From contig NC_043000.1 of NCBI RefSeq assembly GCF_006345805.1, forward strand, positions 22,196,001-22,260,000: DNA of 64,000 bases, given 5' to 3'. Below, piece by piece: positions 14,601 to 26,459 of this stretch (position 1 is its first letter; every line of letters starts with the position of its first letter). Source of the stretch: Octopus sinensis. Taxonomy: Eukaryota. The translations under genes were made by a program, and so were the position numbers. A model generated the notes under the pieces. The model did no database searches. It was not told the origin of the DNA and worked only from the letters and a program-made list of their open reading frames with translations.

Positions 14601-17600
14601 TGAATATTTACACAGCAAATAGCAAAAATTCTCAAGATGTTTAAAGATGATTAAATTGTTGAGATTACACCCACTTTGCAACATTCATGTAGGTCTCATT
14701 TACTAGTGTTGATTTTCTAACTCACATTTTAGGTTTTAAACAAATTAATAATCTTTTAAATTATTGGTACATGTTCTAATAAAGCAGTTACTCTTCCAAC
14801 TAGTTTCTCCAACTTTTCTCCAAGTTATGGACATTAAATTTACTCAGTCACTCTCTTCACAAGCTTTCCATAAATGCATGTGCTGCAATTAATTTTGTTT
14901 GTGAAAAAGCTTTGAATTTTTGTTTTTTGCAAGCCGACGTTCAAGATATTCCAGGCAACGCTCTCGTGGGCCGTAAGTAGTTCTATGCTGATGCAAATGG
15001 TTGTGTTAATGCTGCCAATCACACTCCATACCCACTTCCAGCCATATCTTACAGGAATTATTTACCTGTTATACTAATATTCTATGAGACTAATTCAAAT
15101 AATTATTTTGTAATATGTCTTCTTGAATGGTCTTAACAAGGTGTTATTTAGTTTCTTGTGTATTTCTACAAACTTAGAATTCTAATATTAGAACAGATTG
15201 AAATATATATTTTGTGTGAATTATAAAAATAAAAAACAAAAAATTGTATATCAATGAAGTAAGTTTTGGTGAATCAAGTAAGTTTTGGTGAATTGTAGCC
15301 TATTTTCTCTCTCTTCTCTTGACATATTTTATCAACATTTTACTGCATATTACAATGTTTGAGTGATATATGTTTAAGATTACTCCCTTTCTTAATACAT
15401 CCTTTTATGGGTGTATTGAAATGTCTATATCAATTACATTTAGCATGGGGGAATTAGACACAATACAGCATTTTTTGTTTTTTTGTACCTTAATTCTGAT
15501 TTCAATAATTAGTCAAAAAATTTGTGGATATTGCATGTTTTTTCTGTTCCTCGCCATAGTAACATTTTAATATTCTTTTCCAATTATTTAATATTTCAAA
15601 ATTAAGTACATTCCTTCCTTTTCCTCCTCCTCCTGATAAAACAAGCAGTTTTATGGGATTAATTATAATGATCATAAAATGTGATCCATTCTCTGATTTT
15701 GAGTTGATTAAAAGTGCATGAACGATGAAATTTTATGTGGAGTTTCAAGTATAAAGATATTGGTTAGTATGTCATCCAGAGTATTCTTTTACTGGTTTCA
15801 GTCTTTAAACTGCGACCATTCTAGGGCACTCTATTTGTTTTTGTCAGTTATATTAATGCCCTTACTTATTCTTGTACTTCTTTTATAGATGTCTTTATTT
15901 CAACATCTAAGTTCACCTATTGAGTTAAACTCACTAAAGGTGGATATAAATACCACAATGTACCTGCACTGATATACACATTTGTAATTTTTTTTGGTCT
16001 TACATAAAAGATGCATTAGATGTATGTAGAGGTTGGTATAATTGTATGTAAGTAAGGCAGATGATTTCCTCATACATAAAAGTTTTGTATGCTTCACTTT
16101 ATATCAACAATACTTATCAGCAAGTCTAAAATAATCTACAATTATCTTTGGCTCTGGCAAGCACTGTTGGCTTATCACTCAAGCAACCCACATGCAATTA
16201 CATACATCTTACAACTTCTGCAGTTTCCACCTACCAAATTTCACTCCTAGTGCATTGGTTAACCTGAAGCTAGAAGTAATTTCTGTTCACAGTGTTGAGC
16301 AGTGGGTCAAACCTGGAAACATGTGGCTATGAAGTGAAGCTCTTAACTGCACAACCATGCTTGATAGCTTTCTGTCATTTTTTTTTATCTAAATGCATGG
16401 CTTCTCTGCATTAATTAGTGGAAAATAAATTGAAAATTCAGTTAAATGTTCACATATATAAACTATAATTTAATTTCAGTAGATTAGGCTGGGCTAATTT
16501 TTTTTACCACCCAATGAAGAATGTTTATGGAAATTTAAAACTTTTTGTCTTCTAATGATTTTATTGTCCATAAAATTATTTGGTAATTTGTCAGTGTGTG
16601 AAAAAATAAATGTGTTGATTGTGAAGACTTGAACAAAGAATTAATTCCTTCATAGTTTGGATTTCAGTTCTAGAAATGTTAAAAGTAGACAGTTTAGTAC
16701 TATATATTCTTGAATGGGCTCTATCTGGGTATTTATTGAGTATACTAGTTTCCTTGTTATATAGGATGTTTATCTTGTTGTTTAACCCCAAATCAGCTTT
16801 GATTGAGCGGGCTTATGATCAAAAATCTACTCAATCAAGATTGAAGTATTCTAAACATTACTATCCCATTGTTTTCTACGCACAGTGTACCTAGGACCAT
16901 ACTGTTTAATGTGTTGTCTCAGGTGGTATGGTGGAATTTGAGAGTGATTTAGCTGCTAATTTCTAGCCTCTTGGATGACCACAGTCTCCATCATTTTCCT
17001 TCAACTAAACAACCTGATGTTGATGGACGTGTCCACAGGATGTTATTTTCTGTTCGTTTCCAAAGAAGAGATGAAATTATATCAATGTTCTCATACATTT
17101 TTAGTGTTTGCATGTTCTACAGTACCAGTTACGCTGATGTGATTAATCAGCTTGTAATTTCCTGAACATGTTATCCTCATGGTATTACTGGTATTCAGTT
17201 CAAGAGATGTTGTTGTGGTCTGGCATTTCGGTCATCATTTTGTAGATCTGGAACTATGTTGCCCAGTGTGTCCTTCTTTCTTAAGGCAATATTGTGTGAT
17301 TAAAGAGTTGGCTGCTATTTTTAGCACATTGAGAATGACCACACAGCAGGCCCTTTCATTGCTTCAACCATTGAAGTGTTGTTGGTGATTGTTATTAATA
17401 AGAGCTTCTCATTATGAGATTTTTCTGCTCATTTTTCCAAAAGAATTTACTTATGGGACATGTATTTTATGAGAGTGTTTTTTTTTTTTTATTTTTAATT
17501 TTTATTTATTTATTTTTTTTATTACCCTATCCCACCTCTATTGTTGGCAACTTTTATTCATAATTGTTTCACATTTCTTTTCAGAAATGGTCAAATAGCT

Positions 17601-20600
17601 GCTTTGAAAATTATAAAAAATGTTGAAAAATATCGAGAAGCTGCAAAGTTAGAGATCAATGTTCTTGAGAAGTTAAAAGAAAAGGATCCAGAAGGCAAAT
17701 AGTTAGTACTCTCTCTTTCCCTCTCTCTCTCTTACTCTCTCTGTCTTTCTTTGTGTGTGTGTGTATCCAAATATACTGCAAGGTAATGACTAAATTTTTG
17801 TTTCATTTAAATTGGTGTTTGAAGGGAAAACGATGTTCAAGAAAGATTAGTAGTGGGGGGTGCATGGGTATATATGTGGCTTTCTTCATCTCTCTGGCAA
17901 AGCAAGTCAGCAGGAGGAGAATAGCTTGAAGTAGGATTAAGAAGGTGGAAAATTCCAAGTAGCATAGTTTTGTTGTAATTGTAGTAAACTTAGGTAAACT
18001 GAAAGAGAAACAGCTGGAAGAATTAGTTGGTACATAAGGGGTGGGGTACATTTTTTCTTTTCTTTAATTCTAGTTTTATTATCTATTAATAATTTTGATA
18101 TTAAAAAAAAAAAAATGCAAAAGCAAAAAAAAGTCACAGTTCAACCCAGACCATTAATCTGATTCCATAGCTGAACAATATAGAGTAAATCAATACAAGT
18201 CTTGTATATAATGGATTGGCATCAACTCAATTTGCATGTGTGTGTGTGTATATATATACATATATATTTTATTATTATTATTATTATTATATTTTGTAAC
18301 TTTTTAAAGTTAGATTTTAACCAGAGATGAACCTTCAGCTTCTCTTTGTACATAGATGCACTTTGCATCATGATAAACCCCTGCTACTTATGTCAGAGCC
18401 TATTTTAAAAATCAAAGCTGTAAACAGAACACATACAGTATGTATGTACTCTCCTTTTAACAGTCCCATAACAGTGTAAGATTTATATTATTATTTGATT
18501 TATTTATGCTCATTTACATGTCTTAAGCATGCAGTTCATGTGTTGCATTCGTGCAGGAAGCATTGCAACTTGTTTGCGCATGCATACACAAATATGAAAG
18601 AGTTGAATCTAAAATGTAAAATTTTTCAAAAACTTTAAAATATTAACAGTCTAGGGAGTGAATAGGATTACTGCATAATGATTGTTTTTTTTTTCTTTTT
18701 CTCTTTTTTCTTTGTCCAGACACAGTTTGTAAGTTTAAAATTTATAATTTCTTTTTCCATTTCAGTTTGTGTGTACGGATGCTGGATTGGTTTGATTATC
18801 ATGGGCATATGTGTATAGCATTTGATATGCTTGGTCTTAGTGTATTTGATTTTTTGGTAAGTTACAGAAGAGTTCTTTTACCAAATTTAATTTGCTATTA
18901 AACTCATGTTTAATATTTCAATTTTTTTCTTTTAATTTTTAAATTTTAATTGGTTTATATGCATATGGTATTTCTAATGCTTACGTCTGGACATGTTACT
19001 TAATGCAATTTTTTAAAATTTTCTTCTGCAGAAAGACAACACTTATTATCCATATCCTCTCGATCAAGTTCGAAATATCTCCTATCAGTTGTGCTATGCA
19101 GTAAATTGTAAGTTTCAGTAAATTTCCATTTTTATCATCCATGAACCTTTTCATTTTTATGTAGTCAGGGGAACAAGGTGTATCTGTGACTTTTGTAATG
19201 CTCTACAAGACTGAAATAAATATGATTGCTGTTTAGCTTGAATAACTGTCAATTGATATCCATAAGGAAAACATTGGTGAACTGGCTGAATTGTCACCAT
19301 ATTGGACAAAATGATTAGCATTTCTTTTGGTTCTCTACATTCTGAGTTCAAATCTCACCAAGGCCAACTTTGTCTTTCATCCCCTTGGGGGCTAATAAAA
19401 TAAAATACCAGGCTAGTACTAGGTGGGTGGTGGGGGTCAATGTAATTGACTTCCTCTTTTCTCAAAAAATTGCTGGCCTTGAAGCCCTACTATGGACTGG
19501 CATCCCATTCAGGGAGAGTATTGTAATCTCAGTTACTTACGTGCCGTTGAAACCAGCTAACTGGACTTGTGAGTCCTGAGGCTCAGGGGGTGGGGTGGAG
19601 GCATAGATAGGAAGGGTTGCTGTTCTGGGAAGATAAGGTTAGTTGGATGAGAAATGGTGGGGGGTGGGATATGCAGCCAGCTGTCTCTATAGGGTACTAG
19701 CGGTTGTAGTAGTGGCAGAAAGGACAGATTGATAAGAAAGGTTTGATTAACATAGACTTATTCCTGGAATTTAACTTTGATGAATACATTTATTCTACAT
19801 CTTACCAATTGAATTAGTTTTCATTCTTAGATTATAATTTAACAATAAAATTTTCCCATATTGGTCTTTTCTTTCTTTCAGTAAACAAATGTTTAATTCA
19901 TTCAAACTAAAATGGTTAGAATTATTAGATGGTTGTTTGTTTTGATTATAAAGTTATAATCTGTGTGTGTTTATACAAAACAGTAAATAGCTTTTTCCCT
20001 CTTTTTTTTTTTTTTTTTTTTAGTCCTCCATGAGAACCAGCTCACGCATACAGACTTGAAACCAGAAAACATACTTTTCGTTAACTCCGATTTTGAAGTA
20101 TCATATAATGCTAAAAAGGTAATATTGTTTTTATCTGCATCTATTATAATAATAATAATAATAATAATAATAATTGTGTACAGTGCTCAGGTGCACTACA
20201 ACTCATCTAAAATGTATATATAATCAGGTGTAGTTTCGGCGGATTTCGGAAAGCATGAGGGCCTTAAAAGATGCAGTGTCATGGCAGTCAACAACTGACG
20301 CAGGCAGTTTATTCCATGCTTCAGCAACTCTGAGCGTGAAAAAATGTTTCTGAAAGTCATGGGAGCTGTATTGTTTTCTGACTTTGTAGGCATGTCCACG
20401 TGTGTTAGACACATGGAGATCAAAAAGGTGTTCAGTGTTGTTGTTGGTGAGGTGGTTGATAACTTTGTGGGTGTTTACCAAGTCCGTCGCCAAACGCCGG
20501 AGCTTCAGTGAATCCATGCCCAGGGAAACAAGGCGCTCAGAATATGGTAGGTGTCTGATGGAGGGTATGCGTTTGGTTGCACGTCTCTGGACAGATTCCA

Positions 20601-23600
20601 GGAGGTCAATGTTCTGTGCAAGATAGGGGCTCCAAACTGATGATGCGAATTCCAAGTGTGGTCGTACCATAGCTGTATACAGTTTTAAATAGATGGCTGG
20701 AGAGCGGCTAACAAAAGACCTGCTGAGTGATGCCAAGACACCCTCGGCCTTCCTGACAATCTTAGAGATATAATAATCAATCTGTACATAATTGAGAGCA
20801 TGTGCTTGATTGTAATTATTTTCTCATGAAATATGTTTTTCATCTTTGTTTCATATTTTACATTTTCTAGAGGCGAGATATGCGGAGAGTAAAAAATACA
20901 GATATAAGATTAATAGACTTTGGATCTGCAACATTTGATCATGAACACCACAGCACTATTGTATCAACGAGGCATTATAGAGCTCCTGAAGTTATTTTGG
21001 GTAAGTGTATTATAGTTTTCTTTTACTTGGGAATTGCTAGCCTTGTTTATATTTATTGCAGTTTTATAGATAGTTTCTCAGACAATACAAAAGGAATTAA
21101 TTTGTGGCAGCTGGAGAAGTATCGAAAATGATTAGCTTGATAAATGAACCCAACTCCAGACACAATTCAACTGCCAGTACATGACTGATTTATTATTGTT
21201 ACACTATCCATCCATTCAGAAACTTAGGACTTAAAGATTAAAGGGTGAAAATTTGGAAAACGGGTCTTGACATTTTGAAAATATAAAAATGTGATTTATC
21301 ACCACCACCCACTTATATGAAGTGTTTGTCTTTATTGCATGTTATTTTAATTGTACTTTCTGGAATGTTGTGGTTTTTCCAGTAGAAGTTCCGTATTACA
21401 GTTGAAGTGGTAAAATAACTTTAATTTGAATGGATTTAGATTCGAAACTTTTGGAATAAAACTTGGCTAGTTTGGTAAAAGCAATGCACATTCACTTTGG
21501 AATGTGGTTGGTTCCCTATTGAAAATGTTGTCCCGCTGGAGCCCGCATTCTGGATTCACCAGATACTGATGTAATGATTCTAATGATACTTGAGCATTTA
21601 AGTTATCATTTACCTAGTTTTGTGAGTATAAATGGGACAACATGCTGACGAGGTCAGTGCAACTGTAAGTCTTGTTTCTGAGATCAATACACTTAGCTCT
21701 CAACAGACAGATTTACCTGGTTTTAAGTATTGCAGCTATGGTGATTCATCGTCATCGTTGTTTAATGTCTGTGTTCCATGCTAGCATGGGTGGGGCAGTT
21801 TCACAAAAGCCGGCCAGGCAGAAGCCTACACCAGACTTCTATGACTGTTTTGACAGGAATTTTACAGCGGGATGTCCTTCCTAACACCATCCACTCAGCA
21901 GAGTGGACTTAGTGCTTTTTACATGGCACAAGCACAAGGTCAGTTTTGGGAAAGCTTTTACAGCTGGATGCCCTTCTGAACACCAACTACTTTACAGTGT
22001 GGACTGGGTGTTGTTTTAAGTAGCACCTGCACTGACAGGGTCACCAAGTATCTGCAAGACAAAAAAAAAAACCTACTTTCAAGAGGAGAGGGTCATTGGA
22101 GGAAGTGATCTTGTGATCTAGTGTCAGATGATGAAAGGTTATAGTGAGACAGAGACATAGAAACTGTAGAGGAAGTACAGAGAGATCTGTGTACCAACTT
22201 TGATTCTTCACCTGGGCTAAGTTGCAACAATAACTGGAAGTGAACATCAACTAAATATATGCTTGAGATTTTGAGAACAAATGTATCATGATGAGCTAGG
22301 ACTTAATAGCAGCTGTATAAACCATGCCAAAGCAGTCACTGGAGCAAATTCTGTCAAACTACGCAACCCATGCCAGCATGGAACATGATGATAATGAATC
22401 CATTAGTTTTAAATTCCATAAATCTTAGTTGAAACCTTTCAGTGAAATTTTCTTTGCTGACTGTATTTGCCTCATACAGCGATTGACCTTGATCTTAAAT
22501 AAGAAGTAAAGCTAAATTTATTCAGCCCTTACATTAAGAATTTATTTTGTCTTGCAATGATTTGTATTTATCCAGCAATACTTTTTTTGTATTTATATGT
22601 ATGCCAGCATGGAAGGCAGACGTTAAACAATGATGATGATGGATCATTTTTCTGTGTCTCTGCAATAATTTTCTGCATAACTGATATTTTTCTCTTTGTA
22701 ATTTTAGAATTAGGTTGGTCTCAACCCTGTGATGTGTGGAGTATAGGTTGTATCATGTTTGAGCTATACACAGGATACACATTATTTCAGGTAAATTGCT
22801 TTAATTACTTAATTAAATGTTTATTAAATTATATAATAGTATGATGTTTATTAATTAAACTTTTTGGCTATCAAAGGTACACTTACTTGCTATTTGCTTT
22901 TTTACAAGTATTCTTTTCAGCCTCTATATGAATTTTATCCTTAATTTGATTTTACTGTCATTCTTCCAAACTATTATGACTATCTGTTACTGTTGTTCTA
23001 TAGTCAATAGAATAGGCAACATTATTGATTTAGTTTAGTATATTTTCTTGATATTATACATAGACATGCTGACGTGCATTTTTGTTTTTTAATTCTACTT
23101 CTTAGCAAAATGTTATTTTGTTTAATATTATTCTTGTAAATCTTTGTATTTTATCTTAAATATATTTAGTGTGAACACACAATCAACATTGTATTGGTTG
23201 CTTTGACATTTACTTTTTTGTTTTGGGTTAGACACATGACAATAAGGAGCATTTGGCAATGATGGAACGGATACTGGGCAGTATACCATATCGGATGGCA
23301 AAAAGATCTCGGTAAGCTTATTGACTCAGAGTTGATATTGGACATTAGAAAGGATGGCTATAGAACAAAAATTAAACAAAAATCTAACTTAAATAGGTGA
23401 AATAATATTTTAATTGATAAACTATGATTACTTTATAAATATATTTTTCCTAATTTTAAATTTGACAGTAATGTTGAGTGGGGTGGGGTGTTGCATAATG
23501 AATCATTAACATTTATTACAACATATATTACTTTAATTGTTAAGCAATTATATTTGCAAAAGTGTATCATAACATTTCATATTGGTATTTCTTTTTATTA

Positions 23601-23782
23601 TTATTTTTCTCCCTAATTTAATTAGTCCAAATTTCATAAAGAAATCTTCCTATAATTGATATTTATGTTTGATGTGCAGCAGAAATACATAGGTATATAT
23701 TTCTAAATGTAGTTCAGTGAACTCTTGGAATCATTCCAACTTTAGAATATTAATATTGTAAATTAAAAGTCTGTATGTATGT

Positions 23783-23831
<49 letters not shown>

Positions 23832-26182
23832 TACATTAGTACATAACTGCCAGGAGATAAAAGCATGCTAGATTTTTTTAGGGTATTAATTTCTTATATA
23901 ATTCAATAGTTAGTTACAATTAATAGTGTAGGGGTAGAATATAGCAATGTAATTACCTGCTTATTAAAAGAATGCAGAAATGTTGAAATGTACTCAAGAT
24001 GTCAATAAAAGTTGTATTAACAATATGATAAAATGATTTCATAAATTAGTTTATACGGTAGTGTCATGGCTCAAATATGAGTGAAGATAAAATGTAATTA
24101 CTTGCATATCAAACAAATTGTCTGTTTTTATAACAGTCCTGTGTTACCCCTTCTTTTAAACTTTAAATTGCATTTTATGAACTGTAGCATTGTTGGTTAC
24201 AGTTTTCCAGTGGGATAATCATTGGTTCACTGTCTATTAACAATGGTGAGAGTGACAAGAGGTTGTCAGTGGAACTTTGGCTGAACAAATAAATACAAAT
24301 TATTTTTGTGTAAAAGCACCAGTTTGTTTGTTTCTCCAAAGTGCAATTAACAAAAAAAAAAAAGACAATTTACATGGGATGTATTTTGTATTCCTGTTGT
24401 AATATTTAGTAAATTTTAAGTGATTGTGTGGCATCTTATGTGATTTACATTTAGTAGATATTACATGAGTCAAAGACATTGTTGATTTTGAAACACAAGT
24501 TTAAGAAAATCCATAAATGATGATTTATTTTCAAATTATAATAACCCTGAAGTAAACTTTAATTATAATAAAATTCACTTGTCATTTTGTTCCTATTGTT
24601 TTAAGAACAAATTACTTCTGGCATGGTCGCCTTGATTGGGACTCGACTACTTCTGCTGGGAGATATGTAAGGGAGAACTGTAAACCACTTTATGTAAGTA
24701 CATGCTCAGCCTTCTCTGTAACTACTACCATAAGTGCACTATAGTGCATGACTTACTATTTTCCAACTGTAAGAAACCACTGAAGTGTATGACGTTTGGG
24801 CAATGTGCCAGCAGGTAACAACTAATTTGTTCACAACACTTTTGGTGTGTTGTCTTTTAGGTAGTAGATACATTTCTAAACTTAAGCTCTTTCTAATGTA
24901 AAATCTCTCTGTTGAAAACAAAGCTTCGTTTTTTGGGGGATAAACAAAATTGCCAAGTTTCATTTATTTATTGTGTAAACTTAATAAAAAAAATGTCCTA
25001 AAATATATAAGCTATTTTCTCAAGGTGATTTTTTTCAAAATTTTCTAAAGTTATATCTGAAGAAGTAAAATCTTATCTTGTAAGCCTTCTTTGGGAGGTG
25101 ACATTGATATTTCTAGAATAGTTATATTTTGGTGTAACTCTATTTTAATCCATTCCCGATTAGATAGTTTCCTATTTACTCTTTCAATAATCTTAATTCA
25201 CAATTTTTAATTTAAGCTCAACATCTAAAATCTTTTCATTGGGGACTAATGTTGTTTACTTGCTTGTTCAAATTTCCTTTCAATTGTTTCTTCAGTTAGC
25301 CATTTAAATTTGGTAGTAGTTGCCAGTGGGGCAATGCATGTGTTTTGTGGATCCTTGAATCTGCCTGCAAGTTCTGTTTGTATTTTTATTCTTCTGACCA
25401 AACTTCTAATTTGTTATTTATTAATCTCCCAGCATATTTAGTACAAACTCTTGGTAATAACCCAAGTTCCCACCCCATAAATTTTTGTCTCTTTAGTTGA
25501 TTAGTTTACCACTTTTCTTTTTGCTGCCAGCATTCATAATTTGTTTCAATACTAATATAACTTACCTTTTATTAGTTGTTTCCATTGAACTGAATGTAGT
25601 TTGACTTGGGTAGCATGCTGCATGGCTATTCTCATTAGCTCATACGGCTTTGTTTGTTTGTTTGTTTTTCTAATCCCTAACCCCACACTCCCCATATTTA
25701 TCTCCAAAGAAAAAGCAAGTATTTCTACCATGGGAAACTGGACTGGGATGAAAAAAACTCATCTGGGCGGTATATTCGGGAAAATTGCAAACCACTTAAG
25801 GTGAGTAACAAGTTATTTAGCTGATTCCTTTTCAAAATGTGTTTAACCAATGGGAGGAGGAGGAGGGGAATTAAAGTTAATATTTCATAATTTTTGTAAG
25901 CATTGTGGATTTGTAATTTACAAATCTCCTTTTACATTGGATTGTTCCAGATAGTGGATTGGCAGAAATAGAGGAGTTTAAGACAAATGCCTTGTGGTAT
26001 TTTGTTATGACTCTTTACAAACCCTGCCGAGTTGAATTTGGCTTTTTATTGTTCTGGGACTGATAAAATAGTATCAGTCAAGTAACATGGATCATTTATA
26101 AACCTCACTAGGATTTGTGCTTATGTTAGGAATGAAGGCAACAACTTAATATGTAAACAGAATACATACACTCACACGTGTA

Positions 26183-26219
<37 letters not shown>

Positions 26220-26386
26220 GGTTGAAATTTACGGAAAAACGAAAGACAAAGACAGGTGTATGAACAACGAGCAGGTGTATTCGTTTGATGCCCTGGAAAG
26301 TGAGAAAGTCTTTTACGCTTAGAGCAGAAAGGAATATGAGGAAATAAACAGAGAGAATAATAAAAACTAGTGGATTTAGCGATCAG

Positions 26387-26459
<73 letters not shown>

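Noticed and set aside
15889-15939. Possible 51-nt stop-containing exon with a good acceptor
   Set aside because: Weak donor (GTGGAT); no CpG or motif signal of selection
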